From assembly GCA_963746845.1 (NCBI GenBank), contig CAVVCZ010000002.1:1-64000 (forward strand): DNA of 64,000 nucleotides, given 5' to 3'. Source of the stretch: an uncultured Chloroflexia bacterium (GTDB lineage: Bacteria; Chloroflexota; Limnocylindria; Limnocylindrales; CSP1-4). Positions 18,841 to 29,481 of the stretch are shown here, piece by piece. A program made the position numbers and the translations under genes. The notes under the pieces were generated by a model. That model was given only the letters and a program-made list of their open reading frames with translations. It was not told where the DNA came from and ran no database searches. How positions within the stretch are numbered: the stretch's first letter is position 1; each line of letters begins with the position of its first letter.

Positions 18841-19536
18841 GTGGCAGCGTCTCGCCCGGCGCCCGGGACCGCGATCCGGGTCGTCCTCGCCGACGACTCG
18901 TACCTGATGCGCGAGGCGCTGCAGGAGATCCTCGCCCCGATGGACGCGATCGAGCTCGTCGCCATGTGCAGCGACGGCGATGCGCTCATGGCCGCGGTCG
19001 AGAGCGACCCGCCGGACGTGGTCATCGCCGATATCCGGATGCCGCCGTCCGGCGACGACGAGGGGATCCGCGTCGCCCGCCGGTTGCGCGAGACCCACCC
19101 GGGCATCGGCGTGATCGTCCTCAGCCAGTACGCGGGCGCGGGCTATGCCCTCGCGCTCCTGGAGCAGGGGGCCGAGGGACGCGGGTACCTCCTCAAGGAG
19201 CGGGTCCACGACCGGAGCGAGCTGCTGTCGGCGATCGAGGTGGTCGCACAGGGTGGGACGACCATCGACCCGAGCCTCGTCCAGGAGCTCCTGGCCGCGG
19301 ATCGCCAGCGGCACAGCTCACCGCTGGACGACCTGACGCCCCGAGAGCGCGAGGTGCTCGCGGAGATGGCCGAAGGGCGAAGCAACGCCTCGATCGCCAG
19401 CTCGCTCGTCCTGACGAAACGCGCCGTCGAGAAGCATGTCGGGGCGATCTTCCAGAAGCTGTGCCTCGAGGACGACGAGGTCGTGAGCCGGCGGGTCACC
19501 GCCGTCCTGATGTACCTGGCCGCATCCGACAACTGA
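18841..19536 (+). CDS. NarL/LuxR-type response regulator
   Basis: VVLADD, DIRMPP, GYLLKERV, LTPREREVL..MAEGRSN; start uncertain (ORF open from 18709). Confidence 0.93.
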   Translation: MAASRPAPGTAIRVVLADDSYLMREALQEILAPMDAIELVAMCSDGDALMAAVESDPPDVVIADIRMPPSGDDEGIRVARRLRETHPGIGVIVLSQYAGAGYALALLEQGAEGRGYLLKERVHDRSELLSAIEVVAQGGTTIDPSLVQELLAADRQRHSSPLDDLTPREREVLAEMAEGRSNASIASSLVLTKRAVEKHVGAIFQKLCLEDDEVVSRRVTAVLMYLAASDN

Positions 19537-19731
19537 TCGCCCAGGCCGGCGTGTGCGCCGGCGCCCGCGCCTTCCGCCCGGATGCGCGCATGCCCGCGCC
19601 GGGACGATGCACGCGCGAAGGTCAGGAGGCCGGTCCACGCCATTGGCGGTGCCGACGGCGTACGGGACCCTCGGGCTGGCGGACCGGTGGCGCGATCCGT
19701 GAGAGTGCGCCACGGACACGAGAGGTGAGCG

Positions 19732-20136
19732 GTGAGTTCGGTGCGCGTCGTCACGGTCGACGACCACGCGACGTTCCGGGAAGCCGCCCGCGCGGTGATT
19801 GCCGCGACCGACGGGTTCGAGGTTGTCGGCGAGGCGGCGACGGGCGAGGAGGGCGTCATCACCGCGCGTCGGTTCCACGCGGACTTCGTGCTGATGGACG
19901 TCGCCCTGCCCGATATCGACGGTTACGAGGCCGCCAGGAGGATCACTCCGTTCCTGCCCGACGCCGTGATCGTCATCGTGTCCGCCGCCGACGACGCCCT
20001 GGTCGGTGATCCGGCGGAGATGTGCGGAGCCTCGGCGTTCGTCCGGAAGGCGGACCTGCGACCGGGCCTCGTCCAGGAGCTGTGGGCGCGTCACCGGACC
20101 CTGACCGGCAACGGCATCTCCGCGCGACCCGAATGA
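19732..20136 (+). CDS. Single-domain response regulator (receiver only)
   Basis: VTVDDH, LMDVALPDIDG, FVRK; no output domain. Confidence 0.9.
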   Translation: MSSVRVVTVDDHATFREAARAVIAATDGFEVVGEAATGEEGVITARRFHADFVLMDVALPDIDGYEAARRITPFLPDAVIVIVSAADDALVGDPAEMCGASAFVRKADLRPGLVQELWARHRTLTGNGISARPE

Positions 20137-21095
20137 TCCACGCGGAGCCCGCGCCCCCCGCCTCCACGAGCACGAAGAACATGGCCTGGGTCCCCGGCGG
20201 CACGTTCCTCATGGGGTCCGAGGAGTTCTATCCGGAGGAGCGGCCCGTCCACGAAGTTGCCGTCGACGGGTTCTGGATCGACACCCACCAGGTGACGGTC
20301 GCCGAGTTCCGCCGATTCGTGAAGGCGACCGGTCACGTCACCGTGGCGGAGCGACCGCTCGATCCGGCCGACTACCCGGACGCCGATCCCGCCCTCCTCG
20401 TGCCCGGCTCGCTGGTCTTCCATCGGACGCCGGGTCCCGTCAACCTCAACGACTACCGGAACTGGTGGCGCTACGTCCCGGGCGCGAGCTGGCGTCACCC
20501 GGAAGGCCCGGGAAGCACGCTCGACGGTCGCGACCGGCACCCGGTCACGCAGGTGGCGTGGGAAGACGTCGAGGCGTACGCGACCTGGGCGGGCAAGACC
20601 CTGCCGACCGAGGCGGAGTGGGAGTACGCGGCGCGCGGCGGTCTCGAGGGCAAGACCTTCACGTGGGGCGACGAATTCGCGCCGCGCGGAAGGATGATGG
20701 CCAACACGTGGCAGGGCGAGTTCCCGTGGCAGAACACCCTCGACGACAAGTTCGAGGGGACGTCGCCCGTGGGCACGTTCCCGCCGAACGGCTACGGCCT
20801 GTTCGACATGGCCGGCAATGTCTGGGAATGGACCGCCGACTTCTACACCCCGCAGCACGAGGAGCAGCACGCGTGCTGCGGCCCGGCCACGAACCCGCGA
20901 ACCACGTCGCCCGACGCGAGCTTCGACACGGGCCGGCCCGGCGAGACGATTCCCCGTCGGGTCACGAAGGGCGGCTCGCACCTCTGCGCGCCGAACTACT
21001 GCCTGCGGTACCGGCCGGCCGCGCGCCAGGCCCAGATGGTCGACTCGTCCACGGGGCACATCGGCTTCCGCTGCGTCGTCCGCCCCGCCGGCTGA
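20133..21095 (+). CDS. Formylglycine-generating enzyme (sulfatase-modifying factor)
   Basis: FLMGS, HPVTQVAW, LPTEAEWEYAARGG, DMAGNVWEW, catalytic CAPNYC-LRYRPAAR, HIGFRC; ATGA-coupled to receiver gene. Confidence 0.95.
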   Translation: MIHAEPAPPASTSTKNMAWVPGGTFLMGSEEFYPEERPVHEVAVDGFWIDTHQVTVAEFRRFVKATGHVTVAERPLDPADYPDADPALLVPGSLVFHRTPGPVNLNDYRNWWRYVPGASWRHPEGPGSTLDGRDRHPVTQVAWEDVEAYATWAGKTLPTEAEWEYAARGGLEGKTFTWGDEFAPRGRMMANTWQGEFPWQNTLDDKFEGTSPVGTFPPNGYGLFDMAGNVWEWTADFYTPQHEEQHACCGPATNPRTTSPDASFDTGRPGETIPRRVTKGGSHLCAPNYCLRYRPAARQAQMVDSSTGHIGFRCVVRPAG

Positions 21096-21234
21096 CCAAT
21101 CGTCGCGCCAAAGAGGCGTGCCCGGACCCCGACCGCACGCCTGCCCGCGCCATCCTCGGGTGCCAACCCTCGCGCCATCGTTCGCGTCCACGAGCGTGGC
21201 AGGCGTTCCGGACCACGCGGATCGGAGGCGAGGG

Positions 21235-21501
21235 ATGGACATCCGCGCAGAGGCCCGGCGGCTCGCCAGCGTGGCGACCGTGTTCGTCTGGGTTGGCTGG
21301 TTCTTCGTGTTCTACGCGATCGTCGCGGGCATCGTCTGGTGGGTCGACCTGACCTCCCGGCCCGGTTTCAATGTCTTCCAGGCCCTGGGGGTCTCGCTCG
21401 CCGCGATCGGCGGTCCGATCTTCCTCGCCCTGATCGTGGCCGGGATGGGCCACTTCCTCCGGCTCTTCGCCCTGTGGGCCGCTCGCGAATCGAACGCCTG
21501 A
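21235..21501 (+). CDS. Small 2-TM membrane protein
   Basis: GGAGG RBS; MDIRAEARRL followed by two hydrophobic helices. Confidence 0.7.
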   Translation: MDIRAEARRLASVATVFVWVGWFFVFYAIVAGIVWWVDLTSRPGFNVFQALGVSLAAIGGPIFLALIVAGMGHFLRLFALWAARESNA

Positions 21502-21529
21502 GCCCTCGCGTCGAACGTGGCCGGCGACT

Positions 21530-21577
21530 GCTCAGGCCGCCGCCGGCTCAGGCCGCCGCCGGCTCAGGCCGCCGCCG
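21530..21577. repeat. 16-bp perfect tandem repeat x3 (gctcaggccgccgccg) spanning the ATPase stop codon
   Basis: Directly visible. Confidence 0.95.
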
Positions 21578-24314
21578 GCGTCGCGCTGACCGTGGCCGCG
21601 ACGGCCTGTTCCGTGACGCGGATCTTCAGGAGCTTGCGGACCTCGGCGATGACGATGATCGACAGCGAGACGAGGAGGCACACGCCCCATTGCTCGAGCG
21701 TCAGGTGGGTGGTGTCCAGGATCCGGTTCAGCAGTCCGATCTCGGTGGCCACGAAGGCCGCGAGAAAGGCGCCGCCGGCGGCCTTCAGCAGCGTGGCGCT
21801 GGGCCGGGCCTCCGGGCTGAAGAGCGAAAACTCCTCGTTCGACGTCTCCAGCGCAAACCAGATGTTGAACAGCGAGAAGACCGTGAGCCCCATCGTCCGG
21901 GCGACCGTCTGGTCGAAGGCCGTCGTGGCCCACTGGATGACCGCGAGGGTGCCGATCGCCATGACCAGCCCGCCGACGATCACCCAGGTCATCAGCCTCC
22001 GCGGCAGGATCGGCTGCTCTGGCGGCCGCGGGGCGTCCTTCATCAGGCCCTCGCGTGCCTCGCCGAAACCGAGCCCGATTGCGAGGAACACCTGGACGGT
22101 GAAGTTCACCCACAGGGTCTGGAGCGGCGTGAACGGCTGGCCCGCCAGAATGTTCAGGAGGCTCGCACCGAGGAAGGTCCCGATGAACCCGAACAGTCCG
22201 GCCATCTGGAACCGGATGTAGCGCATCAGGTTGTCGTAGAGCGCCCGGCCCAGCTCGACGGCCTTGACGATCGTCGCGAAGTTGTCGTCGGTGAGGATCA
22301 TCACCGCCGCTTCCTTCGAGACCTCCGTCCCGGTGATCCCCATGGCGACGCCGATGTCCGACTTCTTCAGGGCAGGGGCGTCGTTCACGCCGTCGCCGGT
22401 CATCGCCACGATGTGGCCCTTGGCCTTGAGGACGTCGACGAGATGGACCTTGTCCTCCGGCGCGACGCGCGCGATGACGCCGATGTCGTCGATCTGGCGG
22501 GCGACCTCGGCGTCGTCCATCGCGGCGAACTCGGAGCCGGCGATCGCCCGGCCGGTGATCCCGAGCTTCCGGGCGATCGCTTCGGCCGTCACGGCGTGGT
22601 CTCCGGTGATCATCCGGACCTGGATCCCGGCCTGGTGGGCGATCGTGATCGCAGCTTTCGCCTCGGCCCGCGGCGGGTCGACGATGCCGACGAGCGCGAG
22701 CAGCGTGAGGTCGCTGACCAGAGGCAGGAGGTCCCCGGCGTTCGGGTCGAAGGTGGTCGGGTCGAGGTCGCGCATCCCGGTCGCCATCACCCGCAGGCCC
22801 TGCCTGCCGAGGCGCTCGTTCTCCTCCATGTACTTGTCGCGGAAGGCATCGACCGGCACCTTGCCACCGGTCCCGTCGTCCCCGTCCTTCGCCCTGGCGA
22901 GTAGCTGGTCGGGCGCGCCCTTCACGTACATCCGGACCACGTCGCGCCCCGCGTCGTCCTTCATCGCGTGGAACGTGGCCATGAGCTTGTAGGCGGCGTC
23001 AAACGGCACCTCCGCGAGGCGAGGGTACCGTTCGCGGGTGAGCACGGGATCGACGCCGCCCTTGGCGGCGAGGACCACCAGTGCGCCCTCCGTCGGATCG
23101 CCGACGAGCCCGCCGTCCCTGGCCACCGCGTCAGAGGCCAGGGCCATCGGCAGCATGTACCGATCGAGTGACGTCAGCGGTTCGCCGGCGACTCGCTCGA
23201 TCTGGCCAACGGTGGAGTAGCCCTCGCCGGTGATGGAGAACCGCCGTCCGCCCACCGCCATCTCGACAGCGGTCATCTGGTTCAGGGTGAGCGTCCCGGT
23301 CTTGTCGGAGTTGATCGCCGAGGTGGAGCCGAGTGTCTCGACGGACCGCAGGCGCTTCACGATCGCTCCGGCCTTGGCGAGCGTCTGGGTGCCGGCGGAC
23401 AGGATCGTGGTGACGACGGCAGGCAAGCCCGTCGGGATCGCCGAGACGGAGAAGGCGACCGCCGTGAGGAACAGCACGTCGAACGGAGTGTTCCGGGCGA
23501 GCCCGAGGCCGATCGAGATCACGAGCGAGATGCCCGCGATGACAAGGATCTGGCTGGTCAGCTTGTTCAGCTGCTTCGTCAGCGGGGTCACGTCCGCGGT
23601 CTGCGCCGACAACATGTTCGAGATGTGGCCGACTTCGGTGCCCATGCCCGTGGATGTGACCAGGATCGTCCCGGCGCCGCGCGTCACCTGCGTGTTCATG
23701 AATGCGAGATCGATGCGGTCGCCGAGGGCCGCGTCCGCCGCGACAGGGTCGAGCTGCTTGGGCACGGGCACGCTCTCGCCGGTCAGGGCTGATTCATCGA
23801 TCTCGAGAGTGGCGGCACGGATCAAGCGTCCGTCCGCGGGGACCAGGTCGCCCGCCTCGACCATCACGATGTCGCCCGGCACGATGTCCGCCATCTCGAT
23901 GATCTGGACCTCGCCGCCACGGCGAACGCGCGACTTCACCACCATCATCTTCTGGAGAGCCGCGACGCTCGCCTCCGCCTTGCCCTCCTGGTTCAGGCCG
24001 AGGTAGGCGTTGAAGGCCGTCAGCAGCACCAGCACGACGCCGGTCGCGAACTGGCCCGGCAGGAACATGCTGACGATGCCGGCGACGAGCAGCACGATCT
24101 GCATCGGGTCCTTGTATTGCCGCAGGAACGCCTGCCAGCGAGGCTCCTTCTTGGCCTCGGCGAACTTGTTGGCCCCGTACTGGGACCGTCTCCGCTCGAC
24201 CTCGGCAACGGACAGCCCGACCTCCGGATCGGCCCCCTGCGCCGCGATGGCGTCTTCGATGCTCAGCGCATGCCAGGCTGTCGCCGGCGCCGCTGCCCCT
24301 GATGTCCCGGTCAT
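21564..24314 (-). CDS. P-type ATPase (type II, Ca2+/cation-transporting)
   Basis: LTGES, DKTGTLT, GDPTEGAL, KGAPD, DPPR, MITGD, TGDGVNDAPALK; TM4 reads IPTGLP. Confidence 0.95.
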   Translation of the reverse strand: MTGTSGAAAPATAWHALSIEDAIAAQGADPEVGLSVAEVERRRSQYGANKFAEAKKEPRWQAFLRQYKDPMQIVLLVAGIVSMFLPGQFATGVVLVLLTAFNAYLGLNQEGKAEASVAALQKMMVVKSRVRRGGEVQIIEMADIVPGDIVMVEAGDLVPADGRLIRAATLEIDESALTGESVPVPKQLDPVAADAALGDRIDLAFMNTQVTRGAGTILVTSTGMGTEVGHISNMLSAQTADVTPLTKQLNKLTSQILVIAGISLVISIGLGLARNTPFDVLFLTAVAFSVSAIPTGLPAVVTTILSAGTQTLAKAGAIVKRLRSVETLGSTSAINSDKTGTLTLNQMTAVEMAVGGRRFSITGEGYSTVGQIERVAGEPLTSLDRYMLPMALASDAVARDGGLVGDPTEGALVVLAAKGGVDPVLTRERYPRLAEVPFDAAYKLMATFHAMKDDAGRDVVRMYVKGAPDQLLARAKDGDDGTGGKVPVDAFRDKYMEENERLGRQGLRVMATGMRDLDPTTFDPNAGDLLPLVSDLTLLALVGIVDPPRAEAKAAITIAHQAGIQVRMITGDHAVTAEAIARKLGITGRAIAGSEFAAMDDAEVARQIDDIGVIARVAPEDKVHLVDVLKAKGHIVAMTGDGVNDAPALKKSDIGVAMGITGTEVSKEAAVMILTDDNFATIVKAVELGRALYDNLMRYIRFQMAGLFGFIGTFLGASLLNILAGQPFTPLQTLWVNFTVQVFLAIGLGFGEAREGLMKDAPRPPEQPILPRRLMTWVIVGGLVMAIGTLAVIQWATTAFDQTVARTMGLTVFSLFNIWFALETSNEEFSLFSPEARPSATLLKAAGGAFLAAFVATEIGLLNRILDTTHLTLEQWGVCLLVSLSIIVIAEVRKLLKIRVTEQAVAATVSATPAAA

Positions 24315-24449
24315 CCTGCGACCTCCACTCGCCGCCGCCGTTGCGCGCGCGCCTGCTCGATGCTGTGCATGGAATCCATCATCCCGGCCTCGAACCACTC
24401 CTGACGACCGTGCCGGCACCCCCGCGTCGACCGTGTCCCGCTCCGCCCC

Positions 24450-25958
24450 TCACTTGATGATCACGACGATCGACAGCACGACGATCGACAGGATCGCAAG
24501 CATCCCCAGCAGGGGCAGGACGAACTTGATCCAGGTGCCGTAGGGAACCCGGGCGATGGCCAGACCACCCATGACGACGGCCGAGGTCGGCGTGATCAGG
24601 TTGACGAGGCCGTTGCCGGACTGGAAGGCGGTGACGATCGCATCGGCCGGCACGCTCGCGAAGCTCGCCAGCGGGGCCATGATCGGCATCGCCACGGTCG
24701 CGAGGCCGGATGACGACGGGATCAGGAACGACAGGGGCAGGAACAGTCCGTACATGATGTTGATGAAGGCCACGCCGCCGAGACCGGACAGGGCCTGCTC
24801 GGCCGCGTTGAGGACGGTGTCCGTGATCTGGCCGTTGTTCATGATCACGGTCACGCCGCGGGCGATCCCGATGATCAGTGCCACGCCCAGCAGGTCCCGG
24901 GCACCGTCGACGAACGAGGAGGTGAACTGGCCCTCGGACATCCGTCCGAGGAAGCCGATGATGATCGAGAAGAACAGGAACGACGCGGTCATCTCCGCGA
25001 ACCACCAGAAGTGGGTCGGGATCTTGTAGATCCCCAGGTCGGACCACGGGATGACGCCGACGATCATCGTCACGAACGCGAGGAAGAACGCCCCGAGGAC
25101 GAGCTTGTGCGTCGAGGTCAGATCGGCGGTCGCCGCGGCGCTGTCGGCGTCCGCCTTGAAGTACTCGATGTTCGATTCGCGGTCGGCGGCGACCAACGAG
25201 GTGGCGGGATCGTGATGGACCCGGCCGGCATAGCGGGACACCCACCAGATCCCGATCGCGGTGCCGACGACGAGGATCACGATCCGGGCGATGAGACCCT
25301 GGCTGATCGTGGTTCCCGCGAAGCCCGACGCGATGCCCGTCGCGAACGGGTTGATCGTCGAGCCGAGGACGCCGATGCCGGCCCCGAGGAGGATGATCGC
25401 GGCGCCGGTCAGGGCGTCGTAGCCCGCGGCGATCATGACGGTCACGATCAGGAGGTAGAACGCGAGGCTCTCCTCCGCCATTCCGAACGTCGTCCCGCCG
25501 AGTGCAAAGAGCGCCATGAGGATCGGGATCATCAGCCGTTCGCGGCCGCGGAGGCGCTGGACGACCCGGCCGATCCCCGCCTGGATCGCCCCGGTCTGCA
25601 TCGTGACGCCGAGGAAGCCGCCGATCACGAGGATGAACAGGGCCACGTCGATCGCGCCGAACAGCTCGCCGACGTTGTAGACGGAGATGCTGCCGTCGTC
25701 GGCCTCGATCCCGTACATCCCGTTGATCGGGGCGAGGAGCGAGTCGACGATGATCCGGGCCGGGTTCTGCTCGACCTGGTGGTACGTGCCCGGGACCGGC
25801 GCGCCGTCCGCGTCGAGCTCGTAGGCGCCGGCCGGGATGATCCACGTCAGGAGCGCGACGACGACGATGAGGATGAACAGGATCGTGTAGGCCGACGGGA
25901 GCGAGAAGCCCTTCTTCCTGGGCGCCTCGGGTGTCTCCGCGGCGGTTGCGGCAGTCAT
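24450..25958 (-). CDS. YfcC/ArcD-type (basic amino acid antiporter family) transporter
   Basis: LPSAYTILF, TWIIPAGAY, GGTTFGMAEE, STINPFAT, IPSSSG, NLITPTS; ATG overlaps the NhaC stop. Confidence 0.9.
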   Translation of the reverse strand: MTAATAAETPEAPRKKGFSLPSAYTILFILIVVVALLTWIIPAGAYELDADGAPVPGTYHQVEQNPARIIVDSLLAPINGMYGIEADDGSISVYNVGELFGAIDVALFILVIGGFLGVTMQTGAIQAGIGRVVQRLRGRERLMIPILMALFALGGTTFGMAEESLAFYLLIVTVMIAAGYDALTGAAIILLGAGIGVLGSTINPFATGIASGFAGTTISQGLIARIVILVVGTAIGIWWVSRYAGRVHHDPATSLVAADRESNIEYFKADADSAAATADLTSTHKLVLGAFFLAFVTMIVGVIPWSDLGIYKIPTHFWWFAEMTASFLFFSIIIGFLGRMSEGQFTSSFVDGARDLLGVALIIGIARGVTVIMNNGQITDTVLNAAEQALSGLGGVAFINIMYGLFLPLSFLIPSSSGLATVAMPIMAPLASFASVPADAIVTAFQSGNGLVNLITPTSAVVMGGLAIARVPYGTWIKFVLPLLGMLAILSIVVLSIVVIIK

Positions 25959-27508
25959 GTCGTGGCCCCTCCTGTCTCCGGCTCGGTCGGGATCGGTGCA
26001 CGACCGTGCGCGTCTCCTGGGTCCTGGCTCGGCGTCGGCGCGCCCGACGGGTCGATCCGCTCGATGCGGAACCCGGTCAGCGCGTAGACCAGTGAGATCA
26101 GGGGGCTGAGGAGGTTGAAGAACGCGAACGGGAAGTAGGCGGCCGTCGGCACGCCGAGCACACCCGCCATGTACGCTCCGCAGCTGTTCCAGGGGATGAG
26201 CGGCGAGGTCACGGTTCCGGCGTCCTCCACCGTCCGGGACAGCATCCGTGGCGCGATCCCGCGCTGCTGGAACGCGACCCGGTAGACGCGGCTCGGCATG
26301 ACGATCGCGACGTACTGATCGCCGGCGACGATGTTCAGGCCGATCGCCGTGAAGATGACGGCGGCCATGAGCTGGCCGGCCGTTTTCGCCCGCGCGAGGA
26401 CCGGTCGGATGAGCCGGTCCAGGAAGCCGGCGCTCTCGGTGACTGCCGCGTAGCTCAGTGCGCCGAGGACGAGCCAGATCGTCGTCAGCATCGACGACAT
26501 CCCGCCGCGCGAGAACAGCGCGTCGATCGTTGCGTTCCCCGATGTCGAGACGAAGCCGTTCGCCATGGCCGCATAGGTGGCCTTGAGATTGGTCGCGAGC
26601 GATGCCTCCTGCCCCGTGAACGCCGTGACCACGTGGGGCTGGGTGAACCAGGCCATGACGCCGGCCAGCAGCGCGCTCGCCATGATCGCCAGGAACGGCG
26701 GCGCATGGCGGATCGACAGGATGATCAGGACGACCATGGGCAGGAGATTCAGCAGGCTGATGTTGAACTCCGCCGCGAGCGTCGCCTGCGCTGCGGCCCG
26801 ATCGAACGGCACCGTCTCGCCGACGCCGAGCAGGCCGAGGGCGGTGAACCCGATCAGGGCGATGACGATCGCCGGACCGGACGTCCAGATCATCGCTCCG
26901 ATGTGCTGCTGGGTCGTGACCCCGCCGACCATCGACGGGACGAGCACGGTCGTCTCGGAGATCGGGGTCATCTTGTCGCCGAAGTAGGCGCCGGAGATGA
27001 CCGCGCCGGCGGTGATCTCCGGCGACGCGCCCATCGCCGGCGCCAGGGCGACCAGCCCGACGCCGAGCGTCGCCGCCGTCGTCCACGAGCTGCCGATCGA
27101 CAGACCCACCAGGCCGCAGATCACGGCTGCGCTGAGGTAGAACAGGTTCGGCTGCAGGAGCCCGATCCCGTAGTAGACGATCGTCGGGATGGTGCCGGCC
27201 AGGTTCCAGGTGCCGATCAGCGCGCCGACGGCCAGCAGGATGTAGATCGCGCCCATCGCCGACGACACGCCGCCGATCGCGGCATCCCGGACCTGCGCGC
27301 TCGTGTTTCCGAGGCGCAGGGACAGGAACCCCACCCCGATCGTCGCAATCAACAGCGACACCTGGAGCGGTCCGCTCGTGGCGTCCGTCCCGAACAGAAC
27401 GACGGCAAGGGCGATCAGCGCGATCAGGATCAGGATCGCCAGGACCGACTCCGCGAGTGTCGGCTCGCGCGCGCCGCCGGTGCGGGTCGAGCCGCCCGAC
27501 TCAGCCAC
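25955..27508 (-). CDS. NhaC-family antiporter (probable Arg/Orn or amino-acid exchanger)
   Basis: [51 protein letters not shown]; GTG 27508 overlaps arcC end. Confidence 0.9.
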   Translation of the reverse strand: MAESGGSTRTGGAREPTLAESVLAILILIALIALAVVLFGTDATSGPLQVSLLIATIGVGFLSLRLGNTSAQVRDAAIGGVSSAMGAIYILLAVGALIGTWNLAGTIPTIVYYGIGLLQPNLFYLSAAVICGLVGLSIGSSWTTAATLGVGLVALAPAMGASPEITAGAVISGAYFGDKMTPISETTVLVPSMVGGVTTQQHIGAMIWTSGPAIVIALIGFTALGLLGVGETVPFDRAAAQATLAAEFNISLLNLLPMVVLIILSIRHAPPFLAIMASALLAGVMAWFTQPHVVTAFTGQEASLATNLKATYAAMANGFVSTSGNATIDALFSRGGMSSMLTTIWLVLGALSYAAVTESAGFLDRLIRPVLARAKTAGQLMAAVIFTAIGLNIVAGDQYVAIVMPSRVYRVAFQQRGIAPRMLSRTVEDAGTVTSPLIPWNSCGAYMAGVLGVPTAAYFPFAFFNLLSPLISLVYALTGFRIERIDPSGAPTPSQDPGDAHGRAPIPTEPETGGATT

Positions 27509-28412
27509 GTTCGATGCTCGTCCCGTGCGTGCCCGCGACGAGACCCCCGACCTCGGCGAGCGTCCCGATCGCCGCGCGGTTGCCCGTTCGCTCCGCGAAG
27601 TCGACGGCGGCCTCCACCTTCGGCCCCATCGAGCCCGCGGCGAACGCTGAGCCGGACAGCTCGCTCGTCGTGGCCTGCGCGATGCGCGCCTGCGTCGGCG
27701 TGCCCCAGTCGCGATACACGCCGTCGACGTCGGTCGCCATGACGAACAGGTCAGCGTCGAGGTCGCGCGCGAGCAGCGCGGAGGCACGGTCCTTGTCGAC
27801 GACGACCTCCGCCCCCACGAGCGTCCGCGTGCCGCGCTCGTACATCGTCGGGATGCCGCCGCCACCGGTGCAGATCACGACGGCGCCCTGCTCCAGCAGC
27901 CAGGTGATCGGTCGAATCTCGAAGATCCGCTTCGGGATCGGCGACGCGACGACGCGGCGCCACTTGTCGCCATCCGGCTTGATCGACCAGCCCTTCTCGG
28001 CCGCGAGCCGCTCGGCCTCGGCCCGCTCGTAGACCGGGCCGATGAACTTGTTCGGGTCCGCGAAGGCCGGGTCGTCGGGTTCGACCTCGACCATCGTCAG
28101 GATGGTCGCGAACGGCTTCTCGAACGGCAGCAGGTTGCCGAGCTCCTGCTCGATCATGTAGCCGATCATCCCCTCGGTCTGGGCGCCGAGGACGTCCAGC
28201 GGGTACGTCTCGACGGCATCGTATGCGGCGCCCTGGAGCGCGAGGAGACCGACCTGCGGGCCGTTGCCGTGGGAGATCACGAGCTCGTGCTCAGCGGCGA
28301 CGGGGGCAAGCGACTCGGCCGCGACGCGGACGTTCGCCCGCTGGTTCTCCGCCGTCATCGGCTGCCCGCGCCGGAGCAGCGCGTTGCCGCCGAGCGCGAC
28401 GACGATCCGCAT
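27501..28412 (-). CDS. arcC: Carbamate kinase
   Basis: [37 protein letters not shown]. Confidence 0.97.
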   Translation of the reverse strand: MRIVVALGGNALLRRGQPMTAENQRANVRVAAESLAPVAAEHELVISHGNGPQVGLLALQGAAYDAVETYPLDVLGAQTEGMIGYMIEQELGNLLPFEKPFATILTMVEVEPDDPAFADPNKFIGPVYERAEAERLAAEKGWSIKPDGDKWRRVVASPIPKRIFEIRPITWLLEQGAVVICTGGGGIPTMYERGTRTLVGAEVVVDKDRASALLARDLDADLFVMATDVDGVYRDWGTPTQARIAQATTSELSGSAFAAGSMGPKVEAAVDFAERTGNRAAIGTLAEVGGLVAGTHGTSIERG

Positions 28413-28424
28413 CGCAGGCCTCGC

Positions 28425-29438
28425 TCAGCCGACCATGGTGGCCACGAGGACCGCCTTGATCGTGTGCATCCGGTTCTCGGCCTGGTCGAACACGATGGAT
28501 GCCGGCGACTCGAAGACCTCGTCGGTGACCTCCATCTCGGAGATCCCGTGGTCCGCGAGGATCTGCTTGCCGACCTTGGTTTCGGCGTTGTGGAACGCCG
28601 GCAGGCAGTGCATGAACTTCGTGTCCGGGTTGCCGGTCGCGGCCATCGCGGCGCTGTTGACCTGGTAGGGCGACAGCAGGCGAATCCGCTCCGTCCAGAC
28701 GTCCTTGGGCTCGCCCATCGAGACCCAGACGTCCGTGTACAGGAAGTCGGCTCCCTTGACCCCCTCCGGGATGGATTCGGTCAGAGTGATCCGCGCCCCC
28801 GACTCGGCGGCGATGGCGCGACACTCCGCGACGAGCTCGTCGTGAGGCCAGAGATCCTTGGGCGCGACGAGACGGACATCCATCCCGAGCTTCGCGGCGC
28901 CGACCATGAGGGAGTTGCCCATGTTGTTCCGCGCGTCGCCGAGGAACGCGAACGCGATCTGGCCGTCCGGCTTGCCCGAGTGCTCGCGCATCGTCAGGAC
29001 GTCGGCCAGGATCTGGGTCGGATGGAACTCGTCGGTGAGGCCGTTGAAGACGGGTACCCCGGCGAAGTCGGCCAGGACCTGGACGACATCCTGGTCGAAG
29101 CCGCGGTACTCGATCGCGTCGTACAGCCGGCCGAGCACCCGGGCCGTGTCCTTGGCCGTCTCCTTGTGACCCATCTGGGAGCCCTGCGGATCGAGATACG
29201 TCACGTGGGCGCCCTGGTCGTAGGCGGCGACCTCGAACGAGCAGCGCGTCCGCGTTGAGGTCTTCTCGAAGATCAGGCAGATCTCCTTCTGGCGGAGCTG
29301 CTCCTTCTCGGTCCCTGCGCGCTTCTGGGCCTTGAGGTCGGCCGCCAGATCGAGCATGTAGCGGATCTCGTCCCCGGAGAAGTCGAGGAGCTTGAGGAAG
29401 TGTCGGCCTTTCAGGTCGACGGGTGCGGTCATCGTCAT
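28425..29438 (-). CDS. arcB: Ornithine carbamoyltransferase, catabolic type
   Basis: KTSTRTR, HPTQ, HCLP; YDAIEYRG as in catabolic OTCases; lies between arcA and arcC. Confidence 0.96.
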   Translation of the reverse strand: MTMTAPVDLKGRHFLKLLDFSGDEIRYMLDLAADLKAQKRAGTEKEQLRQKEICLIFEKTSTRTRCSFEVAAYDQGAHVTYLDPQGSQMGHKETAKDTARVLGRLYDAIEYRGFDQDVVQVLADFAGVPVFNGLTDEFHPTQILADVLTMREHSGKPDGQIAFAFLGDARNNMGNSLMVGAAKLGMDVRLVAPKDLWPHDELVAECRAIAAESGARITLTESIPEGVKGADFLYTDVWVSMGEPKDVWTERIRLLSPYQVNSAAMAATGNPDTKFMHCLPAFHNAETKVGKQILADHGISEMEVTDEVFESPASIVFDQAENRMHTIKAVLVATMVG

Positions 29439-29481
29439 CGTTTGGTCCCCTTCGTCGAAGAGCTGAGCGAGCCGGCCTCCA

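Noticed and set aside
24450-27086. Apparent 878-aa YfcC fusion
   Set aside because: The N-terminal part is an Arg-rich alternate frame over NhaC; the real start at 25958 has an RBS and stop/start overlap.
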